64,000 nt of DNA from Chloropicon primus (taxonomy: Eukaryota), in the NCBI GenBank assembly GCA_023205875.1, contig CP060754.1, positions 248,001 through 312,000 on the forward strand, given 5' to 3'. A model generated the notes under the pieces. It was not told where the DNA came from. It saw only the letters and a program-made list of their open reading frames with translations, and did no database searches. How positions within the stretch are numbered: position 1 is the first letter of the stretch; each line of letters opens with the position of its first letter. The position numbers and the translations under genes are program-made. Below are positions 1 to 9,877 of the stretch, in pieces.

Positions 1-1101
1 GGACTCGTTGGCAAGGGGAGGACCAGAGACAGCTGGTCCAGGACGAACTACCTGTACCAGCACGTCAGCATACCAGAGGTCATCAACGAGTTGGCGGCCC
101 AGAATCTCATCATCAATCAGGACAGGCTGACGAAGAACTTTTACGTGTACTACGATCCGAGCACGGCGGAATGGATGAAGCTGCCCTGGGACCTCGAGGC
201 TGCTTTCGGGTTGAGCCCCAAGCTGGGCGGCCAGCCCTCGGAGCTCTACTGCGTCCTTGCCTGCGAGCAGTTTAACTCCCCCCTCTACGGGGACAGCGAG
301 CACCCCCAAGACATCAGGGACTTCTTCGACGGCGGGAGGTGGAACAGGAAGCTGCAATTCATTTACAGGCCCCCGACGCCTTCTTACTGGGGAGGGCACC
401 ACCACAGCAACGAGGAGCCCGAGTGGACATGCGAGGACCCCGGGCAGGATGGAACCCAGTGCTTTGGGGACAAGAGCCCAAGGTACGCCGATGGGACGTT
501 CAACTACCTATACGACGCAGTCCTGGACGTGAAGAGCACGAGGGAGATGTACTTGAGAAGGCTCAGGACCCTCATGGACCACTTCATGAACGGGCGCCTG
601 GAGCAGATGATCACGGAGCACTACAAGCAGATAAGGCCGTCTGCCAAGTTGGACAACTCGATCTGGAAGAGGGGGGACATTGACGAGGGGTACGAGCAGC
701 TGCTGACGGAGCAGCTGCCCCTCAGAAGGGAGCAGCTGTACGACACGTATGGTCCGTCTGGTTCTGGGCTCATTCCGGGGCCGCAGAAGGAGAACCCCCG
801 GGCGGGCATCGAGGTGGAGCCCCGCTACGGCGTGATCGAGATCAGCAACAAGGAGCAGGAGGCCATCGATGTGAGCGGCTGGGAAGTTCAGGGGGGGGTC
901 AGGTACAGCCTGAAGCCAGGAACGGTCATTCCCTCCGACTCCAAGCTGGTCCTTTGCGGCGACGTCCTGAAGTGCAAGAAGATGGGCAAGTACGCGGACG
1001 CTCACCTCCTCGTGGTGGGGCCATTCAAGGGAAGCTTGCCCGATCAGGCAGGCGGGATCAGGCTCCTGGATGCCAAGGGGCGCCTGGTCGACGAGCTGTG
1101 A
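1..1101 (+). CDS. CotH kinase-family protein with C-terminal lamin-tail (LTD)-like domain; 5'-partial
   Basis: Frame is open from position 1. CotH-type motifs NQDRLTKNFYVYYD and LPWDLEAAFG, then YLRRLRTLMD. C-terminus IEISN..AIDVSGWEVQGG..YSLKPGTVIP..IRLLDAKGRLVDEL is LTD-like. TGTAA follows the stop. Confidence 0.75.
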   Translation, partial: GLVGKGRTRDSWSRTNYLYQHVSIPEVINELAAQNLIINQDRLTKNFYVYYDPSTAEWMKLPWDLEAAFGLSPKLGGQPSELYCVLACEQFNSPLYGDSEHPQDIRDFFDGGRWNRKLQFIYRPPTPSYWGGHHHSNEEPEWTCEDPGQDGTQCFGDKSPRYADGTFNYLYDAVLDVKSTREMYLRRLRTLMDHFMNGRLEQMITEHYKQIRPSAKLDNSIWKRGDIDEGYEQLLTEQLPLRREQLYDTYGPSGSGLIPGPQKENPRAGIEVEPRYGVIEISNKEQEAIDVSGWEVQGGVRYSLKPGTVIPSDSKLVLCGDVLKCKKMGKYADAHLLVVGPFKGSLPDQAGGIRLLDAKGRLVDEL

Positions 1102-1184
1102 GACAAGCAAAAATCGTGTAAAAGAAAAAAAAACTAATTTCAAGAGACAAATCCCCTTCCTCTTCTTTCTCGCCGGCTCTCCCA

Positions 1185-2726
1185 CTAGTTCAGGTTGAGG
1201 CTCCTGCAGTCGTCCGCGATCAGTGGAGTCGGCTGGTCCACGTCCGTGCACAGGGCCGAGGTCAGCACTTCTTGGGCCGGTGCGGAGTACATGTTTCTCA
1301 TCCACGTCAGGCTGTGCTTTGGGTTAATGATGAGCCCCGAGTAGGTTGGGTGGAGGGCGAAGATGATGTCCTCCAAGAGGACGTCAGCCTCCGGGTACCT
1401 CGCCTCGAACCAGTCGTCCCCGGCGGGGCTATTGTCGTTGATTCTGCGGTCCGATCTCCACAGGGCCTTGTCCTGGATAAACTTGAACTTCGACTCGTCG
1501 GTGATGTTGTAGGCCTCGACGATCTTCTCCGCGGTGATGTTCTGCATGTAGGTCTCGTCGATCACCACGTCCGCCTGCTCCAAGAGGGCGTGGAAGCCCT
1601 CGGGGTCGCTCAGGTTGAAGACGTAGCCGTTGCTGGCAGTCAGCCCATCCACGGCGGAGGTTTCGATCAGGGGGGTGGCGCCGGCGTCCTTGATGTACTC
1701 GCTCCAGTACGCAGAGTCCGAGACCTTGAAGTAGCCATCCGATTTCATGGTCGGGCCATAGTCGTAGGGGAAGCTCTTTTGCACGACGGCGACCTTGATC
1801 GGGTCGAAGTCCCGCGCGAAGACGCTCACCTTGGACTTGTGGCACTCGTACCTCTCCTTCACCTTGCCGAAGATGTCGTTCGCCGCGCACTCCTGGCCGA
1901 AGAACGGGGCGAAGAACTTGATCCACTCCGAAGTCCCGAGCATCGACCCGTCCTTCTGCTCGGCGGACACCGCGAACTGGATCGTCTCCGGGGCGATATC
2001 CCCGTTTGACATGTACCCCACGAACGTCGGACCGGTGCCGTTGAGCTGGCTCCCGGAGAAGTCGTACACGTTGCCGGCGAAGGACGTGGTCAAGCCCTCC
2101 TCCTTCATCTTGTTCAGGCAGGGGGAGGTGCCGTACTGCGAGAAGGACGAGATCGCCGACCTGTACCCCAGGAGCTCGACGTACGTGATGAGCTGCGTCT
2201 CGGCAACCGTGATGTTCCTCAGGGGGGTCCTCAAGTAAGCCGTCTCGTAGCCGCTCGGGACGAGATCCAGCTCGGTCAGGTTCTTCGCCCTCACCGCCTC
2301 GTCCGAGGCCCCCTCAGGGGTCAGCACGTACGCCCTCTTGTTGTACTTGTTCGTCACGACCGTGGACTCCGTGCCGGCGACCCTGGACACGTTGAAGAAC
2401 TGCGCCGCCTCCACCACGACGTCGCATTTCGGCGACTGGCCGCTCGTCGCGACGTCGGGGTTCTCGATCAGGGACCTGCGGACCGACTGCGAGCCCGAGG
2501 GGCTCCCGCCCGAGCCCTCGCCCACGCCACCCACGGTGAACGCCAGGGTCAGCGCGAGCGCCGTCGCAAGCAACCCCACCCCGATCCCGCCCAGCACGAC
2601 CTTCCCACGGCTTCGGTTCCTTGGCCTCGTCGTCACCCCCCATTCCTCCCCGGAGCCGTCCTCGAGGTCCTCCTCCGCGATCCCCACCCCCCCCTCTCTC
2701 AGGTCCTCTCCTCCCTGTCTCCCCAT
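1185..2726 (-). CDS. Periplasmic-binding-protein family (BtuF-like) CBA1-type cobalamin acquisition protein with N-terminal TM anchor
   Basis: First ATG at 2726 (MGRQGG). One TM (VVLGGIGVGLLATALALTLAFTVG). Motifs TPLRNITVAETQLITYVELLG, SEWIKFFAPFFGQE, ADVVIDET and DDWFEARYPEADVLLEDII are typical of algal/plant CBA1-like proteins. Confidence 0.7.
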   Translation of the reverse strand: MGRQGGEDLREGGVGIAEEDLEDGSGEEWGVTTRPRNRSRGKVVLGGIGVGLLATALALTLAFTVGGVGEGSGGSPSGSQSVRRSLIENPDVATSGQSPKCDVVVEAAQFFNVSRVAGTESTVVTNKYNKRAYVLTPEGASDEAVRAKNLTELDLVPSGYETAYLRTPLRNITVAETQLITYVELLGYRSAISSFSQYGTSPCLNKMKEEGLTTSFAGNVYDFSGSQLNGTGPTFVGYMSNGDIAPETIQFAVSAEQKDGSMLGTSEWIKFFAPFFGQECAANDIFGKVKERYECHKSKVSVFARDFDPIKVAVVQKSFPYDYGPTMKSDGYFKVSDSAYWSEYIKDAGATPLIETSAVDGLTASNGYVFNLSDPEGFHALLEQADVVIDETYMQNITAEKIVEAYNITDESKFKFIQDKALWRSDRRINDNSPAGDDWFEARYPEADVLLEDIIFALHPTYSGLIINPKHSLTWMRNMYSAPAQEVLTSALCTDVDQPTPLIADDCRSLNLN

Positions 2727-3250
2727 CCTCGTCGTCGCTAGGGTCGTCGTCGTCCCCCGCACCTCCGTCCCGACAAGGCCGCCGCCGCCGTCAACTTCTC
2801 TCTCTCCCCTGCCCTGCCCTTCCGTGCGCCGCGATGGCGACACTCTAACCTTAACGCTCCGCTCGGTAGGTACGTTATGGCATATGTCCCCAAATCCCCC
2901 CAAAACAATTTTCGGCTCGGAAGTTAGTCGACAAGCCCCCTTTCCATTCCTTTCCTTTGACCTTTGACTAATGCATACGACGAACGATGACGTACCTGTA
3001 CGACGGTGTTTGATTAAGGAAAAACGGACGAGGGGCCCTTTGCCTTGGCTTGCCTTGAGGAGGAGGATGAAGAGGTGGAGGCATCAATCATCAATCTTGC
3101 TCGAGCTCGAGGAAAGAACGACGTTCGAGTGGGGCAACGACAAGAGCGCGCGGTCTCGGTGCTGGTGTTGACCGAAGAAGGGGGGGGTCTGTCGTTCCGA
3201 GGGGCGAGCGTAGCGAGAGCGGGGCGACCTAGGGAGCGAACCGGAGCACA

Positions 3251-4082
3251 ATGCGCGGCCTCACGGTAAGTGAAAACATTCTTCACGCGAGCGTGCCTGG
3301 TCGAGGACGAGGGGGGAGAGGCGAGGGGTTTGAGGGGGAACTTCTCCCCGCGGAAGGAAGACCGCTTCCCTTTCAATCTCGTCCTCTGGTTGGTTCGAGC
3401 GCACGCGCGGACGCGGCAGCACTCCCTGACTCTCGAAACACACACGCCCACGCACTGACTGACTGACTGACTGACTGAAAAAAATGTTCGAACTCTCGCT
3501 GCCCTCGTCTTCCAGGGAGGCGGTGGCGGAGGAGAAGTCTCGGCGTGGCTGAGCAACAAGGTCATGGGAACCTACTGGGAGGAGAAGGTGAAGCAGAAGC
3601 ACGTTCACAAGCTCTCGTCCATCAAGCCGAGCATAGACAACAAGCCACCAGCAACTTACCCCCACTTGCAGAACAAGAGGAAGAAGATGCAGCTCCAGGA
3701 GGAGCGTTTGAAGGCCATCCAGCGAGAAAACGGGATTCTCCTCTCCAAGCTGTCCCGCATCGCAGCCCGCAAGGGTCCCGAGGGAAGTGGGATGGAGAGA
3801 GCTCACAGAGCCTTGCACCCTGGGGAGGCTTGCTCTCTTGGAAGCCTAAACGGCCTGTCGAGGAAGAGAGAGCTGCAGAGAATTGCGAGGGACAACCACG
3901 CCATCCTGAGCAGGATTCAGGAAAGGCAGTCCCAAAAGTCTTGCTACGACAGACAGATGATGGACAACGAGTGGCAGCAGACGCTCATGTACAGAAGGTT
4001 GGCAAGCCAGCACCAGGAGAGCCCCACCAAGGACAGCAAGAAGAGCGTCGTTCTCCCACCAATTGACGTGGGGACCAACTGA
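3251..4082 (+). CDS. CFAP97/KIAA1430-domain protein (cilia-associated); join(3251..3265,3516..4082)
   Basis: HVHKLSSIKPSIDNKPP..YPHL..KRKKMQLQEER..IQREN.ILLSKL and SLN..RKRELQRI.RDN..ILSRI match the KIAA1430/CFAP97D family. GTAAGT donor at 3266 and TTCCAG acceptor ending 3515 join in frame (MRGLT|GGGGGGEVSAWLSNKVMG). TGTAA downstream. Confidence 0.75.
3454..3477 (+). repeat. (ACTG)6 microsatellite forming tandem CTGAC branch-point motifs in the intron
   Basis: actgactgactgactgactgactg ends ~38 nt before the acceptor AG at 3514-3515. Confidence 0.9.
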
Positions 4083-4578
4083 CGTGGGACACCTTAAAGC
4101 ATTTTCTGAAAGAATGTAAGAAACAAAACTTTACTTTTTTACTATTGTTGGGCAAGAGGCGGGCATCACATGCACCTCGCGGCCCAGCTTATCCAGCTCT
4201 CGAACCGAGACTTCGTGAGGCTCGTTCCGACGCTTTCTGAGATGATGGCGCAGATGTCCTCCATCGTTTTCAGGTCCTTGTCGATCAACGGGACGGAAAG
4301 GAGGGGGAAAGGACACGTGGGCCATGGTGGTGGACACGGCATCAGGAACACAACAGGGGTGGTGGGTAAACTCAAAGTTAATTATTATCCGCCTTATTGT
4401 TATGGTAAAACTTTTTTTGTTATTTTCTCAACTATGAAACACTCCCTTTTTCTTCACCAAACTTCCAAATTCATGTTACAAAAGATCCACAGAAAGATCC
4501 GCCTAGCCTAGTCCTAGCCAAGGCTCTTCCCTTGTTCACTACGTCCTTAAACGGTCCTTCTCTCATTCGTTGAATGCC

Positions 4579-5609
4579 TTAGCTGTTGATGACGCACGAC
4601 TCGTATGTTGGAACCATGTACTTGATGTTGATGAAAGCATCCTCTCCTCCCTTCATCTCAAAGAGGTTGAGGGTCTCCATGATGAGCTCCCCCAAGCAGC
4701 GCTTCTGGGCCTGGGCGTAGTCAATCTTGTCTCCCGAGTTCAAGTTCTTGTTCTTGAACAAGTTCAGGATTGGCAAAATCTGTCTGTAGTAAGGCACGAG
4801 GGCCTCACCAACATAGTCCGCGCTCTCCACGAGCTTCTGGAGAATCTGAAGAGTCACGCAGATGACCTCGTGGTCACGGGTGTTCAGGGCGGTCTTGATT
4901 GGGATGATCAGCTGAGGAATGACCGGAAGGATCTTGGAGCCACCTTCCTTCAACATGTCTTCAACCCCCTTGACTGCCAAGAAACGGTATGGGTCCTCCT
5001 TCTCCCTAATGCCATCGAAGAAGATTGGAAGGTAGTGGTGGTAGTCCAGCTTGTCGATGTCCACCTTCCAGCTAATCACGTTCTTCTGCTTGTGTTCTAC
5101 GGCTACAGGAAGGTCGTTCCTCTCGTAGAACTTCCTGAAGAGCGTGTTTGGCGGGTTGGCGCGGGTTTTGAAAGCCTGGGCCTTTGGCGGTTTCGGGTCC
5201 TCTCTTGAGGACTTCAACAAGCCTGCCTTGATCTTCATGCCGTCCCCCTTCTTCGTGTGCTCGAAAGTCACCTTCCTTGGCGACTTGAACCTATGGGCGA
5301 GAGTGCACCCACTCCACTCGGGGAGGTTCCTGGTGTCGAGCTTCTCGTGCCCGCCAGGTCTGGAGTCCTTTGCGAGCCCTTTCGTCATATCGAAGCACTG
5401 GGGGGAGAGAGACAAGACGGGAAGAAAGAGACGGGGGGGGGTGGAGGAGGGCGTCAGCTCGGGGATCGCACAGCGGAACAGAGGCGTCTTCGACTTACCG
5501 AGCCAGTCTCTGCTGCAAGTGTGTTGGATCTCTTTCCACGGATTTTCACATCTCGATAGGTGTTCGTGAAGAGAGCACCGGCAACGTCTCCTACTGCGTA
5601 GTCACCCAT
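4579..5609 (-). CDS. PACRG: Parkin co-regulated gene protein (axonemal inner junction); complement(join(4579..5397,5499..5609))
   Basis: [62 protein letters not shown] and [18 protein letters not shown] are diagnostic. Exon 1 [27 protein letters not shown] resembles the chlorophyte N-terminus. GTAAGT donor and CAG acceptor, phase 0. Confidence 0.97.
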
Positions 5610-6459
5610 GTCGTAAATCGAAGCGCGTCAAGTCTTTCCCTGGGATCGCAGCGGCGAAGAGGAACAGAGGACGGGTCAGTGTCTTTGCTCGAGCTGGTCT
5701 TCGCCCAGGAGGAGAGAACATGGTCTTCACGCGCGCTCCAATTTCCAAGGCGACCCCGGGTGCGACCCTCGCGCGGAGGGTGTCCCCGCGCAGGGCTTGG
5801 GCCCCACGGGCCAGGCCCCCTGGCGTTCGAGCGCGGGGAGGGAAACCCTTTCCCTCCCGCAATTGCTTTGAAAAACTCACCTTGCGTGCAAAAATGTTAT
5901 AATTGACCCGAGAAAGGATTCCCTTTTTCCCCGGAGCTTGTCGTCAGCAAAGGTCAGCAAAGTCCCCCTCCGCAGATACAGTCTTGTCGTCTTTGCCGTC
6001 GGCTCTGACTCTTCGTGTTTTAATTCCACCCGGTCGCGCAAAGACTTCACACCCTTCTCCAAGACTTGGCAAGCTCAACTCGTCGTCAAAGGGTCAAGAA
6101 TATGATCCCCCCCTTCCACACCAGGGATAGGATAGTCTCCCTGCCCGGAAAGCGAAAGAGGGAAAAATATGCCCCGGGCACCGATTTCACACTTGTTTTC
6201 TAGGGCTGGATTGACTGACGGGTGGGAAGGAAAGGAAAGAGGGACACACGCCCCCCAAGATGGAAATTCTGTTGCCGGCGATTCGGATTTTGACCGAATC
6301 CCTGGTCAACAAACCAAACACAAGGGGGAGACAAATTGGGTGCAAATAGTGTAAAAGTACAAAGTCGCTCTCCCCCCCTCGTCCCCTCAAGACGAAGACG
6401 AAGACGAAGACGAATTTTATAACGGATCTGGATCTGGATCTGGACGAACTCCCAGAGGA

Positions 6460-9126
6460 TCAAAAGTTCCCGACGAGGAAGTCTGCCGTGTAAGAGGACC
6501 CCGCCTTCCCACCTGGGTTCGGGCTCGAGTCCTTGGAGTGGACGATGGAGGGTACCTCGCTGCCCGGGGAACGAGTCGGGCGGATGGAAGGCGAGCCCAT
6601 GTCCTGCGACACGTCGTCCGAGGAGGACAAAAGAAGGCTGTCCTCTCCGTCCAGGGAGGTCGGCTCCTCGGTCCCCCGCCAGAAGTGGCTGTGGGTCATC
6701 TCACCTATGCGAGTCCAAAAGTACCCATTCGACTTCCTTCCCGAGTTGACCTGTGAGATGAAGAGCCTGTAGAGCTTCCAGGCCTGCTCCGCGTCCACCC
6801 TGTCCTTGTACTCCCTGATGAGGGCGTCGTACGTCTCCACGAACTTTTTCACGATGGTGGACTGGATCCCGAGCTTGACCTTGAGCTCGTCCGCGTCCGC
6901 CACGCTCATGTCAAACAGCTTGGACTTGAGCACGTGGTCCAAGATGTTGAACAAGGGGTTTCCCGTCGTCTTCCGGGGCATCTTGTTCTTCGAATAGCTC
7001 TGGTCGTTCAACTTGGGCGGCGATATCTCTGGGAATACGTCCAGCTTCCACAAGCCGATCCCGTACTTGAGGATGGCTTTCTGCACGATATCCAGGGTCA
7101 TCTCCTTCGTCTCGATGCACAAGGACCTGCACTCGTCGTACACCGCGGTCACGACCTGCGGCCTTGGCTTGTGTGTCACCTTGCCGAGAATCATCGCGAA
7201 CTCGTCATAGGCAAGCATGCTCTGGCCCTCGGGAACGGAGAAGTTGTAATACGCCTCCAGCTTGGCGCACATCTTGTTCCTCTGCCTCTCCCACTCGGAC
7301 TGCATCGCGAACAGGATGTCCTCGGACTTGTACATGTCCATGATCGGGTCAAGGAGCCTCTCCACGTGGTTGGCCATGAAAGTCCTGGCGTTCTCGTCGC
7401 TCCTCATGGTGTTGAATATCTCGTTGATCACGTCGTAGACCTCGAGGGGCTTGACCCAGAAGCTGCCTTCCTCCGGGAACAAGCAGCTCACGTCCTTTGA
7501 CCGAGAGAGGCACTGCATCGTGTACATGACGAAGACGATCTGCTCGTTGTAGATCTTCGCCCTGTAGTCCCAAATCCCGCAGAAGTACGCAAACATGCGG
7601 ACGTGCTTGTTGGAACGCGCTATCCGGTGCACGCTTATGATCAGGTCCGCGAGGTTCGTTTCCGCGACGTAGGGGAGGCCATACCTCGTGAAATGCCATC
7701 GCCGCACAAAGTCCTTGAACGTGTAACCCGTACCCTGCCTCGAGAACCTGATGAACTTGCTGTCTCTGATGGCGTCGTTGTACAAAGCGGCGATCGTGCT
7801 CAGAACCCATTGCAGGGACTGGTTCTGGCCCACCGATACGTACATCAACTCCCACGAGCCCAGGGTAGTGTCGGCAATGATGTCGGTCTCGCTGCTGTTT
7901 GCGCTGACAATGTCAGAGCTCGAGGAGCTTTCCAAGCTGCTTGCGGACAGGTCCTTCCCGTTTACGACCTCCGTCTGCACCGTCGCGTTCTTGTGAAGTC
8001 TGACGAGGCTGTCCGAGGAGTCGGCCTGGGCCTTCTTCACTTGGTGCTCCAGGATCAGCAACTTCTGTTCCATGGACTCCCACTCCGACAAGGCGACCGT
8101 GAGGTCCGACGAGAGGCTCTTCGTGGCACTGAGCACGGCATTCTCCCTGTCCGCCTTCAAGCTCATTATCTGCTGCTTGTAGATGGAGAGCTCGCTGGTC
8201 AATATGGTTTTCTCGGCAAAATACCTTGCCATGAGGTTGCTACTGTTCAAGTTCCTTTCGCTCAGCGCCTTGTTGCTGCTGCCCAACTCTTTCTCCAGCT
8301 TCTTCCTGTCCCGGCTGCCGGAGCTCACGACTTCGGTGAAGTAGTCCAGCTTCTTCGTCAGGTAGTCAATTTGCTCCTGAAGACTTTCGTTCTTTCTTCT
8401 GTGAGACTGCAAACTTCTCTGCATGCTTTCCATCTTTCCTCTGCAGATGGAGTTCAGTTTGTTCACGCGCAGGTGCACCTTCTTCATCAGCTTGGAGTGC
8501 TGCGCAGAAAGCTTCCCGAGTTCCTGAATTTCTTGGTCCATGACCGAGTCAACGATCTCAAAGGCCTTCCAGTGCCTCATCATGTCCTCCCCGCTCTCCT
8601 CTCGCAGGGAGTGGCTCTCTGGTACCACGGCCAAGGTCTCCAAAAGCTCCTCGGGGAACCTGTCCTCCAGAGCCTCCTCCAGAATTTTGGTCGTAGTCAA
8701 GTCCTCCCTGTCCACGGTGAGCTCCCTCTTCAGCTCGTTCAGGGTGAGGGATATGTTGTTGATCTCCTCCACGGCTTTGAACATGGGAACACCGCGGCCC
8801 TCTTCTGGCTTGGCGCTCTTCATCCAAACTTCCGCGTCCACCTTTTCAATGTGGGCCTTCACCTTCTTCTCGAAAGATCTCGTGCTCGTCGCGTTAAAGG
8901 GCAGGCTCGGGGGGACCCTCGAGGCAGACTTGGACTTGACTTTCGCCCTCTCCTTCTCCTGCTCGTACTCCAGGAGCTGGACACCCAAGGGTATGTCAGA
9001 CACCTCCTCCTCACTCCTCACCGAGAAGGCCTCCTCCCCCGGGCCCTCCTCCCCCTCCCCCTCCCCTTCCACCTTTGGTGGAGGCGGCCCACGGCCCACC
9101 ATAACAATTTTCTCGAGGGCTGACAT
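6460..9126 (-). CDS. Large coiled-coil protein with helical/EF-hand-like C-terminal part; possibly flagellum-associated (family uncertain)
   Basis: 888-aa ATG-started ORF with coding-like composition and a long heptad region. Segments IVDSVMDQEIQELGKLSAQHSKLMKKV and FKDFVRRWHFTRYGLPYVAETNLADLIISV loosely recall p28-like and TSNAXIP1-like ciliary proteins. Confidence 0.6.
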   Translation of the reverse strand: MSALEKIVMVGRGPPPPKVEGEGEGEEGPGEEAFSVRSEEEVSDIPLGVQLLEYEQEKERAKVKSKSASRVPPSLPFNATSTRSFEKKVKAHIEKVDAEVWMKSAKPEEGRGVPMFKAVEEINNISLTLNELKRELTVDREDLTTTKILEEALEDRFPEELLETLAVVPESHSLREESGEDMMRHWKAFEIVDSVMDQEIQELGKLSAQHSKLMKKVHLRVNKLNSICRGKMESMQRSLQSHRRKNESLQEQIDYLTKKLDYFTEVVSSGSRDRKKLEKELGSSNKALSERNLNSSNLMARYFAEKTILTSELSIYKQQIMSLKADRENAVLSATKSLSSDLTVALSEWESMEQKLLILEHQVKKAQADSSDSLVRLHKNATVQTEVVNGKDLSASSLESSSSSDIVSANSSETDIIADTTLGSWELMYVSVGQNQSLQWVLSTIAALYNDAIRDSKFIRFSRQGTGYTFKDFVRRWHFTRYGLPYVAETNLADLIISVHRIARSNKHVRMFAYFCGIWDYRAKIYNEQIVFVMYTMQCLSRSKDVSCLFPEEGSFWVKPLEVYDVINEIFNTMRSDENARTFMANHVERLLDPIMDMYKSEDILFAMQSEWERQRNKMCAKLEAYYNFSVPEGQSMLAYDEFAMILGKVTHKPRPQVVTAVYDECRSLCIETKEMTLDIVQKAILKYGIGLWKLDVFPEISPPKLNDQSYSKNKMPRKTTGNPLFNILDHVLKSKLFDMSVADADELKVKLGIQSTIVKKFVETYDALIREYKDRVDAEQAWKLYRLFISQVNSGRKSNGYFWTRIGEMTHSHFWRGTEEPTSLDGEDSLLLSSSDDVSQDMGSPSIRPTRSPGSEVPSIVHSKDSSPNPGGKAGSSYTADFLVGNF

Positions 9127-9877
9127 CCTTCCCCTCTAAATCACACAATAGACCAACTTGTAGACCGACTTCCCAAGGTGCCTTGTCCTCTCTCCCCCCT
9201 GTGGTGCTCCCCTGGCTTCAGGCGTTCTCCTGGCTGCGCCACCAGACCAACTCGTTCGCGATCAGGTGAGCCCTCTCTCAACGTCCTACCAAGGTCGAGG
9301 TTCCTGCCTCACCATGTCTTTCGGGTTTCGGGGCTTCGCTTCGCTCCCCCGCCAGGCTTTGGTCCCAAGCCATTCCCATTCATTCTACAGGAGACGTTTG
9401 TACGATCTTTCCAGTTTTGACTTTCCTTCTTCCTTCTTGCTTGGGCTTTTCCAAGGTTTTACGAAGTCCCTAGTACCGAGTTTACAAAGGAGAGGTTTGA
9501 AAATTGGGGCTTTCCCCCATCCCATCCCACGCGAGAGAGGAGAGAGGAGGGCGTGTAGGTGGTACGGTGCGGGTGTGGGCTCTCTGGGTGTAGGAGCCAA
9601 AGGAAAGAGGGACTACCTCTCGAACAGGAGGGGAATTGAGACCCGCCTCGTGGCTTGCAGGGAGGGGGAGAACCAAGAGGAGAGGCACGAAGGTGTTGTG
9701 TGGACGACAGCCTGTTGATTCGGGGACCTGGAGTCGAAGCCAAGGGGAGTTATGGTGGAGTGAGAGAGCTCACATGAAGCAAGCCAGGAAGTTATAGAGT
9801 TGTTGCCGAAGACCAAGCCTTGGACGAGAGACGAAGAAGAAGGTGCGCTCTGCTGCTCTCGGAATTCCAATTCCACC

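Noticed and set aside
2727..3250. Cobalamin riboswitch upstream of the CBA1-like gene
   Set aside because: No B12-box or conserved core recognisable, and such riboswitches are not established in eukaryotic nuclei. The region is a divergent promoter/UTR.
4131..4511. Short ORFs or a possible orphan minus-strand exon (DLKTMEDICAIISESVG..WAARCM) between CFAP97-like and PACRG
   Set aside because: There is a pyrimidine tract + AG but no credible upstream exon/donor or recognisable family. It cannot be supported without transcript data.
5900..6350. Telomerase RNA, snRNA or tRNA gene in the intergenic region
   Set aside because: No telomere-template (CCCTAAA-like), Sm-site/snRNA or cloverleaf signature could be recognised by eye.
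6388..6443. Short tandem repeats (AAGACG)n and (GGATCT)n, plus GA/CT runs elsewhere, as CRISPR or transposon ends
   Set aside because: They are simple microsatellites without spacers, terminal inverted repeats, target-site duplications or a transposase. No mobile element is supported anywhere in the window.
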